42,277 nucleotides of DNA, taken from positions 1 to 42,277 of the forward strand of contig CAZRDU010000001.1 in the NCBI GenBank assembly GCA_964599005.1. The letters run 5' to 3'. Below the pieces are notes generated by a model that had not been told where the DNA came from, searched no databases, and worked only from the letters and a program-made list of their open reading frames with translations. The translations under genes and the position numbers were made by a program. Positions 8,666 to 17,765 of this stretch are shown in pieces (the stretch's first letter is position 1; each line of letters starts with the position of its first letter). This DNA is from an uncultured Thermotogae bacterium (lineage in GTDB: Bacteria > Bipolaricaulota > Bipolaricaulia > M55B111).

Positions 8666-10272
8666 ATACGTTTGTATTCGGGATCGACGGGGCAAGCCCG
8701 GATCTCGTCAACAGGTGGATAAATCAGGGCCACCTTCCAAATTTAAAGAAAATAAAGAGTCAGGGGCTTTCCGGTAAATTGAAGAGTACATTCCCCCCTC
8801 TAACCGGTCCCGCCTGGTCTTCCTTTCAGACAGGTGTCAACCCCGGTAAACACGGGGTTTTTAACTGGCTCGACACAAGCAGCTCTTACGAAGGAAGGGT
8901 TATCAATAGCAATTCTATCAAAACGAGGACAGTGTGGGACTTTATAAGCACTCACGGCGGAAAAGTGGGCCTGCTATCTCTGCCGGTTACTTACCCGCCG
9001 GAAAAGGTCAACGGTTTCATCGTGCCCGGCTTCCTAACTCCTGCAAACTCCCCCGATAGATCCTACCCAGAAAGCATTGTCGACGACCTGGAAGATTCAG
9101 TCCCCGATTTCAGCTATTACGTAAACGAGTACCTCGGTGGTTCCGAGAAAGACTGGGTTGAATACCTAAAAGGCGCCGTCGGGTTCAGAGGCGAAGCAGG
9201 TCGCTACTTAATTAAGGAACATCTTTATCCGAAGGGGACGGAGCGGGAAAAAAATCTATTTATGTCACATTTCTTCGCGACCGATTTAGTCCAGCATTTC
9301 CTCTGGGACAGAGCAAGTGAAGAATGGGATCCACGGCTGGAAGTATTTAAGCGGGTGGATAAAGAGATAGGAAAAACCATGGAACTTGCCCCGGATAACT
9401 CCGTTTTCCTTATCGTTTCTGACCACGGTTTCGGACCGATAGACAGAGTATTTAACGTAAATAACTGGTTGAAAAAAGAAGGTTACCTGAAACTCAAGGA
9501 CAGCAGCAAGACTTTGTTAAAACAGGGTTTATCGAAACTTGGCATTAACCAGCATAAGCTCAAACCGCTGGGAGAAAAAATTTACCCCGTAGTAAAAAAT
9601 CTCGGGCTGGTTAGCGGAAGCATGATAAACGCATCGTCCCATCCGGCACTAAAAGCGTGTTTTCTTTCCGATCGCGACGTAGATTGGTCCAGGACGGTCG
9701 CTTACTCAAAATCCGATATCGGGCACATAAAGTTGAACTTAAGGGGAAGAGAACAGCAGGGTACTGTTAGCCGAAAAGAAATTCATAGCATTAGAGAAGA
9801 GTTGGGAGAAAAACTGAAGCAAGTCAGGATATCTCCGGAGAACGAAAAAATGGCAGAATGGGTTAGAACGAAAGAAGAAATTTATTCCGGTCCTTACTTA
9901 AAAAATGCGCCCGATATTCTATTCAATCCGCTAAAACGAAACACCCTCGGCTTTGGCGCCGCGATGTTTCTCTCGGAGAACATCTTTAACACCCCTTTCA
10001 AGCCCGGTAATCACAGGAGAAACGGAATTTTCATGGCTTACGGGCAAGAGGTTATCTCAGGAGAAATCGATGCCAACATTAAAGACATCGCTCCCACGCT
10101 ATTAAATATCTTTTCGTTTCCAATACCCGAACAAATGGACGGATCGGTGATTCAGGGCATCACACCCCGAGAACCAGATTATCACAGACCGAGAGATTTC
10201 TATAAAAGTCGAGAGGCAAACACGGAGTTAGAGGATTCAAGGGAAAAGTTAGAGAACCTTGGTTATTTATAA
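8662..10272 (+). CDS. Alkaline-phosphatase-superfamily protein (type I phosphodiesterase / nucleotide pyrophosphatase-like), paralog 1
   Basis: GIDGASPDL (metal-binding Asp), FPPLTGPAWSSF (candidate nucleophile Thr) and VSDHGFGP (metal-binding Asp-His). 536 aa. Translationally coupled to the GT2 gene. Confidence 0.85.
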   Translation: MNTFVFGIDGASPDLVNRWINQGHLPNLKKIKSQGLSGKLKSTFPPLTGPAWSSFQTGVNPGKHGVFNWLDTSSSYEGRVINSNSIKTRTVWDFISTHGGKVGLLSLPVTYPPEKVNGFIVPGFLTPANSPDRSYPESIVDDLEDSVPDFSYYVNEYLGGSEKDWVEYLKGAVGFRGEAGRYLIKEHLYPKGTEREKNLFMSHFFATDLVQHFLWDRASEEWDPRLEVFKRVDKEIGKTMELAPDNSVFLIVSDHGFGPIDRVFNVNNWLKKEGYLKLKDSSKTLLKQGLSKLGINQHKLKPLGEKIYPVVKNLGLVSGSMINASSHPALKACFLSDRDVDWSRTVAYSKSDIGHIKLNLRGREQQGTVSRKEIHSIREELGEKLKQVRISPENEKMAEWVRTKEEIYSGPYLKNAPDILFNPLKRNTLGFGAAMFLSENIFNTPFKPGNHRRNGIFMAYGQEVISGEIDANIKDIAPTLLNIFSFPIPEQMDGSVIQGITPREPDYHRPRDFYKSREANTELEDSREKLENLGYL

Positions 10273-10422
10273 TTTATTCCCGGTACGGCTTGAATTGGGC
10301 ACTCGTTCTCCAAAACCCGTTGAGCCAATGCGGGGAATTATTGAAATCTATTTATTACAATAATAAAGCATGCATAAACTAGAAAAGCTCAACCAGATTA
10401 AGAACTTTGATCGGGAGGAATA

Positions 10423-12039
10423 ATGAGCACGTTCCTAATAGCATTGGACGGAGCCAGTCCAAACTTAATCAATAAATGGATAGACGAAGGACATCTGGAA
10501 AATTTAAGAAAGATTAGAGACCAGGGGCTATCCGGCAACCTGGAGAGTACTTTTCCGCCCCTGACCGGACCCGCATGGTCTTCTTTTCACACGGGAGTAA
10601 ATCCCGGCAAACATGGTATCTACACGTGGCTCGATCTGACCGAAAACTACCGCGGAACGGTAATAAACAGAGATACTATTAAAACGCGAACCATCTGGAA
10701 CCAGATAAGCGAGAAGGGCGGGAAAGTTGGTTTGCTTTCCGTACCGGTAACGTACCCCCCGGAGGAAGTCAATGGGTTCATCGTACCGGGTTTTCTTACT
10801 CCTTCCTCTGCCGACAGGAGATCCTATCCGAGTGACCTTATTGAAGACCTGCTGGATGCCGTGCCGGATTATAAATTTCTCCCGGAACCGTTTATGAAAG
10901 GCAAGGATCCAAAAAAATGGATTACGGAATTAAGAAAAGCAGTAAGGGACAGAGGGAAAGCAACAAGATACCTATATAAGAACCGGCTCGACGAGAGTGA
11001 CGATGAAGTTATGATGACTCACTTCTTCGCCACCGATCAAGTTCAGCATTTCCTCTGGGACGAAGTAACTGACGACTGGGACCCAAGAGTCGATGTTTTC
11101 AAAGAAGTTGACCGAGAAATCGGGAAATTAATCGAAATGGCACCGGACGACTCTGTTTTCATGATTCTTTCGGACCATGGGTTCGGTCCTCTCGAAAGGA
11201 CCTTCAATATCAATACGTGGCTGGAAAGCGAGGGGTATCTCAATTTAACAAAAAACATCGGGACGAGAATGAAGAAAAGACTGGCAAAGATGGGCTTCAC
11301 CGAACAGAATACCCAGCCAATTGGTGAAATAATCTATCCAATTGCTAAAAAACTTGGCATAGTCGACAACCCGATAACCGGTCTTTCCACGAACGATGCC
11401 CTTAACGCTCTCTTTCTTTCATCAAGGGACGTGGACTGGAAGAGGACAGCCGCCTACTCCAGGTCACATATCGGCCACATTCGACTAAACCTTTCCGGTA
11501 GAGAGAAGTTGGGACCCGTAGAGGAAGAAAGTTACGATAAAATCAGGGACGAAATAATGGAAAAATTGGCCAGAATTAAAGTACCGGAAACGGGAAAAAA
11601 GATGGCAGAGTGGGTCAAGCCAAAAGAAGATCTTTATTCTGGCCCGTATCTCGAAGGAGCTCCGGATATTCTGTTCAATCCGCTTGAGGGAGCTCATTGC
11701 CAGGGTTCCATGGTCGGCTACGGGGCAATCATGTTCTTCAATTCCAGTGTTTTCAGCGGAAAATTACACCCGGGTCACCACAGGAGAGACGGAATCATAA
11801 TGGCTTACGGCAAAGGAGTCGAAAACAAAGAGAAAAATGCTTCTATTATGGACATAGCCCCAACCGTTTTAAACCTGGGTTCGCACGATATACCGGAACA
11901 AATGGACGGAGAGGTAATCAGCGGGATATCCTCCAGGGAACCCGAGTTTTACAAGCCGGGTAATTTTTACAAGGAACCCGCCGAAACAGAGCGAAACAAA
12001 GAAATTGAAGATAGAATGGAAAGTCTGGGCTATCTTTAA
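10423..12039 (+). CDS. Alkaline-phosphatase-superfamily protein (type I phosphodiesterase / nucleotide pyrophosphatase-like), paralog 2
   Basis: Colinear with paralog 1 over its whole length, with the same LDGASP, FPPLTGPAWSSF and LSDHGFGP motifs and a shared ...SLGYL C-terminus. By hand count, 51 of the first 71 residues are identical. Confidence 0.85.
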   Translation: MSTFLIALDGASPNLINKWIDEGHLENLRKIRDQGLSGNLESTFPPLTGPAWSSFHTGVNPGKHGIYTWLDLTENYRGTVINRDTIKTRTIWNQISEKGGKVGLLSVPVTYPPEEVNGFIVPGFLTPSSADRRSYPSDLIEDLLDAVPDYKFLPEPFMKGKDPKKWITELRKAVRDRGKATRYLYKNRLDESDDEVMMTHFFATDQVQHFLWDEVTDDWDPRVDVFKEVDREIGKLIEMAPDDSVFMILSDHGFGPLERTFNINTWLESEGYLNLTKNIGTRMKKRLAKMGFTEQNTQPIGEIIYPIAKKLGIVDNPITGLSTNDALNALFLSSRDVDWKRTAAYSRSHIGHIRLNLSGREKLGPVEEESYDKIRDEIMEKLARIKVPETGKKMAEWVKPKEDLYSGPYLEGAPDILFNPLEGAHCQGSMVGYGAIMFFNSSVFSGKLHPGHHRRDGIIMAYGKGVENKEKNASIMDIAPTVLNLGSHDIPEQMDGEVISGISSREPEFYKPGNFYKEPAETERNKEIEDRMESLGYL

Positions 12040-12136
12040 TCGCCCGGGCCCAAACAATAAATACGGAATGGAGAAAAGCTAAAAACCCTTATAAGATGGG
12101 GAGTTCTTTCTCTATTTCGAGGGCGAAAAAGCGCAA

Positions 12137-12165
12137 TTGCAGTCAATCGGCGTTTAACTTATAAT
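12137..12165 (+). promoter_or_regulatory. Candidate sigma70-type promoter of mtaD(-rpsO-pnp)
   Basis: TTGCAG (12137..12142), 17-nt spacer, TATAAT (12160..12165). It lies about 90 nt upstream of the ATG at 12257. Confidence 0.5.
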
Positions 12166-12256
12166 GAAATTAAGGTAAATTATTAATTGTGATATAGTTT
12201 ATGTTAAGAGGAACGTGCAGGAAGGGAAATAACTTTGTAAATCCCTCCATTATTTT

Positions 12257-13573
12257 ATGAAAATTCATCTTAAAAATTTTGATATTCCATCTTCAGTTTC
12301 TCCCAATCCGATCGAGGGTGGGTCAGTAATAATTCAGGATGGCGTTATCGAAGAAATAATAGCTGATCCGTCAGTTGAAAACGAAATTGACGGGGATAAA
12401 ACCATCAATGGCCGGGGGAATCTGTTGCTGCCGGGCTTTTTCAATGCTCACACCCATATGGGGATGACGATCTTTCGTGGTTACGCGGACGATATAGAGC
12501 TAGAAAGCTGGTTACAGGACTGGATCTGGCCGGCGGAAGAGAATTTAACCGAGGAAGAGGTGTACTGGGGTTCACTGCTGGCCCTGATCGAATCAATCCG
12601 CTCCGGTGTTACTGCGCTGGCAGATATGTATTTTTACATGGACGAGACGGCCAGGGCAATTAAAGAAAGCGGCGTAAGAGGGTTAATTTCTTACGGCCTG
12701 ATCGCGGACGAACTGGACGAAAAAGGAGAAAAAGAATTAAAAACCGCCCTGGATCTGGTGGAAAAATGGGACGGTGAGGCCAGCAACAGGTTAAAAGTAG
12801 CTTTGAGTCCCCATGCACCTTATACCTGTGGGAACGACGTATTAAAAGAAGTTTCCAGTATTTCCGGTCAGAAGAATATACCGATCCACACCCATATATC
12901 CGAGACGAAGAAAGAAGTCGAGGATTCGTACGAAGAATTCGGATGTTCTCCGGTCGAACGTCTGGCGGACCTGGGGGTCCTGGAGAACGAGGTTCTCGCA
13001 GCACATTGCGTTCACCTGGATGAATCCGACATCGAACTTTTAGCTCAAAACGACGTGGTGGTTGCCCACAATCCGACGAGCAATATGAAAATTTCTTCGG
13101 GGGCGGCACCAGTTCAAGGATTATCGAACCGTGGGATCCAGATAGCACTGGGCACGGACGGTCCGGGGACAAATAATGACCTGGACATGTTTGGAGAAAT
13201 GCGCCAGGCTTCGTTCCTCGCCAAATTGAACTCGAACGACCCCACCGCTCTTTCAGCTGAAAAGACTCTGGCTATGGCTACGGGAAAGGGGATGGATAAA
13301 TTTGATGTATCCGGTCCCGGTGTAATTGCTGAAGGCAAAAGAGCGGATCTAATTGGACTGAAAAGGGACTCGGCGGCTCACTGGACCCCGGAATACAGGA
13401 CGACTTCCAACCTGGTTTATTCAGGGAAAAGCAGTGACGTAGAGATGGTTATGGTAGATGGAAAGATGGTTATGGTAGATGGAAAGATAAAGACAGTCGA
13501 CGAAGGTAAAGTTCTGGATAAAGTGCAGGAAATAAGTCAAAAGTACGATAAAATCAGAAAAAACCACAAATAA
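12257..13573 (+). CDS. mtaD: Amidohydrolase, 5-methylthioadenosine/S-adenosylhomocysteine deaminase-like
   Basis: LLPGFFNAHTHMGMTIFRGYADDIELESWLQDWIWPAEE...ADMY...HISET...HCVH...GTDG is the metal-binding pattern of the MtaD/TM0936-type subgroup. Substrate specificity cannot be proven from sequence. Confidence 0.8.
   Translation: MKIHLKNFDIPSSVSPNPIEGGSVIIQDGVIEEIIADPSVENEIDGDKTINGRGNLLLPGFFNAHTHMGMTIFRGYADDIELESWLQDWIWPAEENLTEEEVYWGSLLALIESIRSGVTALADMYFYMDETARAIKESGVRGLISYGLIADELDEKGEKELKTALDLVEKWDGEASNRLKVALSPHAPYTCGNDVLKEVSSISGQKNIPIHTHISETKKEVEDSYEEFGCSPVERLADLGVLENEVLAAHCVHLDESDIELLAQNDVVVAHNPTSNMKISSGAAPVQGLSNRGIQIALGTDGPGTNNDLDMFGEMRQASFLAKLNSNDPTALSAEKTLAMATGKGMDKFDVSGPGVIAEGKRADLIGLKRDSAAHWTPEYRTTSNLVYSGKSSDVEMVMVDGKMVMVDGKIKTVDEGKVLDKVQEISQKYDKIRKNHK
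13445..13486 (+). repeat. Perfect in-frame 21-bp tandem duplication inside mtaD
   Basis: ATGGTTATGGTAGATGGAAAG occurs twice back to back (13445..13465 and 13466..13486), encoding MVMVDGK-MVMVDGK. Confidence 0.95.
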
Positions 13574-13630
13574 CACAACCGGCTCCCGGAGAAAATTCCC
13601 TGGGGGTCAGGGGATAGGAGTGATTACACA

Positions 13631-13918
13631 ATGTCAATTACACAAGAGGAAAGACAGGAGTTAATTGAGAAATACGGTAAACATTCGGAAGACACGGGTT
13701 CGGCTCAGGTACAGGTAGCAATTCTGACCAGGAGAATCAACAATCTTACTGAACATTTAAGAGATCATCCCTCGGATCATCATTCACGCCGGGGACTATT
13801 GCAAATGGTAGGTAAACGGAAAAGTTTCCTGGAATATCTGGAACGAGAGAACGCGGAAATGTACAAAAAATTAAAAGATGAACTGAACATCAGAATAAAA
13901 GAAACTTCTGAAAAGTAA
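13631..13918 (+). CDS. rpsO: 30S ribosomal protein S15
   Basis: GSAQVQVAILTRRINNLTEHLRDHPSDHHSRRGLLQMVGKRKSFLEYL is a canonical S15 sequence. It sits immediately upstream of pnp, as in most bacteria. Confidence 0.95.
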   Translation: MSITQEERQELIEKYGKHSEDTGSAQVQVAILTRRINNLTEHLRDHPSDHHSRRGLLQMVGKRKSFLEYLERENAEMYKKLKDELNIRIKETSEK

Positions 13919-13986
13919 AAGCAGTAATTAAACAAAACAAAGCGAAATATTCGCAAAATTAGCAAATAGTTTTTTGAGGTGTAAAA

Positions 13987-16290
13987 ATGTACAAGCAGCT
14001 TGAAACAGAGATAGACGAAAGTAAATTCAATCTGGAAACTGGCAAAATGGCCCGACAGGCCAACGGTTCAGTTGTATGCAGTATTGGCGATACCAAGGTA
14101 TTAGTTACAGCGACTTCCGGCGGGGAAAGCGACAAATCCTACTTCCCCCTTCGAGTCGATTACGAAGAAAAATTCTACGCCGGGGGAAAGATACCGGGTG
14201 GATTCATCAAGAGAGAAGGTAGACCCTCGGATAAAGCAGTCTTAAACGCACGGATGATCGACAGACCGATTAGGCCGTTATTTCCCGACGACTACATGGA
14301 TGAACTCCACATAGTAGTAACAGTTCTGTCAGCAAGCGAGGATTCCTCACCAGGGATAGCGGGTATGATAGGTGCATCCGCAGCATTAACCTTATCGGAA
14401 CTACCATTTCAGGGACCAATCGCAGGTGTTGAAATAGGTCGGGTCGAAGGGGAATTCGTCCTCAATCCGACCGCTGAACAGACCGAGGAAAGCGACATGG
14501 AAATAACTGTCGCCGGCACCAGTGACGCAGTAACCATGGTTGAAGGCGGAATGGAAGAAGTGCCTGAAGAAGACGTTATTGAAGCGGTAAACTTCGCCCA
14601 TGAGAGGATAAAAAAGCTCGTGGACTATCAGCTTGATTTTGCCGACCAGAAGGAACTGGAAGGGACGACCGAAACGAAGGAAAAGGGAGAAACCGAGAAA
14701 AAAGCCGGAGAACTGGCTCAGGATTCCTTCCCAGAACTGATAGGAATTAAGAGCAAGCTGGAAAGAGACGAAAAAGTCGAAGAAATAAAGGAAAACGTCA
14801 AAGAACAGCTTCTGGGTGAAGAAAGTGAAGAAGAAGCGGAAACAGTTATAGAGGACGCCGTGGACGAAGCATATAAGAAGTTCGTCAGGACGAGAACCGT
14901 AAAAGAAGGTACGAGAATCGACGGAAGAGACGTCGACGAAATAAGGCCGATTAACGTAGAAGTGGGCCTTCTGGATAGAGCTCACGGTTCCAGTTTATTT
15001 ACCAGAGGTGAGACACAGAGTCTCGGCACGGCTACTCTGGGGACGACGAAACAGGACGAACAGCGGATCGACGGAATGGTCGCTGAAGGAAGCAAAAGAT
15101 TTATGCTTCACTATAACTTTCCCCCCTACTCGGTAGGAGAAGCTGGTTACATGGGATCACCCGGGAGGAGAGAGAAAGGACACGGACACCTTGCCGAAAC
15201 AGCTCTTAGCCCCGTACTTCCGGACGAAGAGGAATTTCCTTATATCATCAGGGTTGTGTCCGAGATACTGGAGTCAAATGGCTCTTCTTCGATGGCAACT
15301 GTCTGCAGCGGTTCGCTTGCACTGATGGATTCCGGTGTCCCGATAGAGAAACCGGTCGCCGGTATAGGTGTGGGTCTGATGGAAGAAGACGGCGAACATC
15401 AAATTCTGACCGATATAATGGGCCTGGAAGATCACTTAGGCGACATGGACTTTAAAGTGACAGGTACCCGTGACGGCCTTACGGCCTTCCAGCTCGACGT
15501 GAAAGTCGGCGGGATCTCGGAGGAGATAATGCGGGAAGCCATGGAAAGAGCCCACGATGCCAGACTGGAAGTTCTCGACAAGATGGATGCCGTAATCTCC
15601 AAACCGCGGGGAGAGGTCTCGGAACACGCACCGGTCATGAAAGTATTCGAGATCGACGAGGATGAAATTGGTACGGTTATCGGACCCGGTGGAAGAACTA
15701 TCAGAGACCTAACCGAAGAGACTGAGACGGAGATCGATATCGATGACGACGGCACCATAAAGCTCTCGGGAGTTGACCGAGAAAAAGTCGAGGAAGCAAA
15801 ACAGATCATAGAAGATATGACGAGAGAAGTGGAACCGGGCGAGGAGTTCGTCGGTGAAGTAGTTCGAGTAGAGGACTTCGGTGCGTTTGTCCAGCTTCCA
15901 AATAAATCAGAAGGTCTCGTCCATATCTCAAAACTGGCGGATGGCTACGTCGACAACGTAGAAGATATTACCGAGGTTGGCGACGAAATGCGCGTAAAAG
16001 TTATCGGCCATGACGACCAGGGTAGGCTTGACCTCAAGCGCGCCCCGGATTCAGAGGACGAGAAATTAGAGGTAGGGGACGTTACGGAAGCCGAAATAAC
16101 AAAGACCGCTGATTTTGGAGCTTTCGTGGAAACTGCTGGCGGAGAAACCGGTCTTATACATATCTCCGAACTATCCCGGGATTACGTGAAAAACGTCCAG
16201 GACGTCGTGGAACCCGGCGATAACGTAACAGTTGAACTAATCAACATCGACGACCAGGAAAGAAATCAGTTCAGATTGATTGAGAAATAA
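13987..16290 (+). CDS. pnp: Polyribonucleotide nucleotidyltransferase (PNPase), 767 aa, with two C-terminal S1 domains
   Basis: Two RNase PH domains (GKMARQANGSV..., RIDGR...IRPI...GSSLFTRGETQ). A KH motif (IGTVIGPGGRTIRDL). Then two consecutive S1-like domains (15832..16065 and 16066..16287). Confidence 0.95.
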   Translation: MYKQLETEIDESKFNLETGKMARQANGSVVCSIGDTKVLVTATSGGESDKSYFPLRVDYEEKFYAGGKIPGGFIKREGRPSDKAVLNARMIDRPIRPLFPDDYMDELHIVVTVLSASEDSSPGIAGMIGASAALTLSELPFQGPIAGVEIGRVEGEFVLNPTAEQTEESDMEITVAGTSDAVTMVEGGMEEVPEEDVIEAVNFAHERIKKLVDYQLDFADQKELEGTTETKEKGETEKKAGELAQDSFPELIGIKSKLERDEKVEEIKENVKEQLLGEESEEEAETVIEDAVDEAYKKFVRTRTVKEGTRIDGRDVDEIRPINVEVGLLDRAHGSSLFTRGETQSLGTATLGTTKQDEQRIDGMVAEGSKRFMLHYNFPPYSVGEAGYMGSPGRREKGHGHLAETALSPVLPDEEEFPYIIRVVSEILESNGSSSMATVCSGSLALMDSGVPIEKPVAGIGVGLMEEDGEHQILTDIMGLEDHLGDMDFKVTGTRDGLTAFQLDVKVGGISEEIMREAMERAHDARLEVLDKMDAVISKPRGEVSEHAPVMKVFEIDEDEIGTVIGPGGRTIRDLTEETETEIDIDDDGTIKLSGVDREKVEEAKQIIEDMTREVEPGEEFVGEVVRVEDFGAFVQLPNKSEGLVHISKLADGYVDNVEDITEVGDEMRVKVIGHDDQGRLDLKRAPDSEDEKLEVGDVTEAEITKTADFGAFVETAGGETGLIHISELSRDYVKNVQDVVEPGDNVTVELINIDDQERNQFRLIEK

Positions 16291-16303
16291 GAAGGAAATT
16301 AGA

Positions 16304-17581
16304 ATGGAATTATTTCCCGGCTGTTACCGCGATAACCTGGCTAAAGGTCTTCAGGTAATCGGACAGGAAGAACCACAATCCAAGTCTATTTCGCTCGGAT
16401 TGTGGTTCAGTTCGGGCAGCCGGGATGAACACCCGGACAGGAGCGGAGTTACTCATCTAATAGAACATCTGCTCTTTCGGGGAACGGAAAACAGGTCCGC
16501 CTACCAGATAACCAGCGACGTCGACCGCCTGGGAGGCTACATCAACGGCAGCACAAGCCACGAGTTCCTCTTGCTCTCCTTGAGGATCCTGCCGGAATCG
16601 CTCTCCGAAGGTGTTGACATACTAACTGACCTGGCTCTAAACCCACTCTTCGAAAAAGAAGATTTTGGACTGGAAAAAGACGTGGTGCTGGAGGAGATTA
16701 GGTCCTCGCACGACGACCACAAATCGGAGACGATTCGTTTGCTGGAGAAGACCGTCTGGGGAGAAGGGGCCGGGCTTTCTTTGCCTGTCAGAGGCACGGA
16801 AAACTCACTCTCAAGCCTGACCAGAAAAAAAACGATCGAAAGGTTCAACGAGTTGCAGGATCCCGGGGGCATGATAATGACCGCTGCCGGTGATCTTTCT
16901 TTTGAATATCTAAAAGAGACTGTAAAAAGTTCTCTTGCCGACGTTACTTTCGAAAAAAGAGTTAGAGATAACAAGAAAGACGACACAAAGCTCAGAGCAA
17001 AACCCGAAACTCGCCATAAAGAAGACTGGAGAGAGATAAATCAAATCCATTGCGCGATTGGGACCGAAGGTCTGGCAAAAAAGGACGGAGACAGATTTCC
17101 CCTGGAAATGCTAAATATCGTCCTCGGACAGGGAATGAGCTCCAGATTGTTCAGAAAAATCAGGAAAGAGAAGGGACTGGCCTATCAGGTTACGAGTAGC
17201 ACTCAATACTATTCGGACACCGGTCTGTTTTTCGTCTATGGTGCCCTGGCGCCGGAGAATTTAAAACATTATTTTAACCTTGTAACTGAAGAGTTCGATC
17301 GCCTGAGAAACGAGCCGGTATCTTCGGGAGAACTCGAACTGGCGAAGAAAAAAACCAAAGGTAACCTCGTACTTGGCCTGGAAAACAATAGATCTCTCAT
17401 GGGGCGACTGGGCATAACTGCACTCCATGATGACGATTTTTTATCAGTTAACGAAATGGTCGAAAAGATAGAGAATGTCACCCCTGAGGACATCCAGAAG
17501 GTGGCTAACAGGTTACTGAAGCCCGAAAACCTCAACTACTCCCTCCTGGGTCCGGAAATAGATGAACTTCCCGAGTTTTAA
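16304..17581 (+). CDS. M16 (pitrilysin/insulinase) family zinc peptidase
   Basis: The HxxEH zinc motif is present (GVTHLIEHLLFRG). Length and position downstream of pnp are typical. The ATG at 16304 is preferred over the TTG at 16280, which would overlap the pnp stop and lacks an SD. Confidence 0.88.
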   Translation: MELFPGCYRDNLAKGLQVIGQEEPQSKSISLGLWFSSGSRDEHPDRSGVTHLIEHLLFRGTENRSAYQITSDVDRLGGYINGSTSHEFLLLSLRILPESLSEGVDILTDLALNPLFEKEDFGLEKDVVLEEIRSSHDDHKSETIRLLEKTVWGEGAGLSLPVRGTENSLSSLTRKKTIERFNELQDPGGMIMTAAGDLSFEYLKETVKSSLADVTFEKRVRDNKKDDTKLRAKPETRHKEDWREINQIHCAIGTEGLAKKDGDRFPLEMLNIVLGQGMSSRLFRKIRKEKGLAYQVTSSTQYYSDTGLFFVYGALAPENLKHYFNLVTEEFDRLRNEPVSSGELELAKKKTKGNLVLGLENNRSLMGRLGITALHDDDFLSVNEMVEKIENVTPEDIQKVANRLLKPENLNYSLLGPEIDELPEF

Positions 17582-17711
17582 CCGTTATCACATTCTCTCC
17601 TCTCAAATTCTCGTTTTGACTTCCAGTTCATAAAGGTACGGAGGTTTCGCGACCTCAATGTTAACCCGCGGGTAAACACTCGAAAAAACGACTCGGGGAA
17701 GCCATCTTAAT

Positions 17712-17740
17712 TTGGCTTTATTCAAATTTTTGATTATACT
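17712..17740 (+). promoter_or_regulatory. Candidate promoter of the beta-helix protein gene
   Basis: TTGGCT (17712..17717), 17-nt spacer, TATACT (17735..17740). GGAGGT lies ahead of the GTG at 17766. Confidence 0.45.
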
Positions 17741-17765
17741 TTAGCAAATACTTCTGGAGGTAACC

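Noticed and set aside
12660-13172. 170-aa ORF antisense to mtaD (and 13114..13338)
   Set aside because: It is a Pro/Arg-rich antisense artefact. The sense strand carries conserved amidohydrolase metal-binding motifs.
14401-14985. 194-aa ORF antisense to pnp (and 15432..15809, also antisense)
   Set aside because: It is a Phe/Leu/Ser-rich mirror of the acidic PNPase linker. It has no SD and no motifs.
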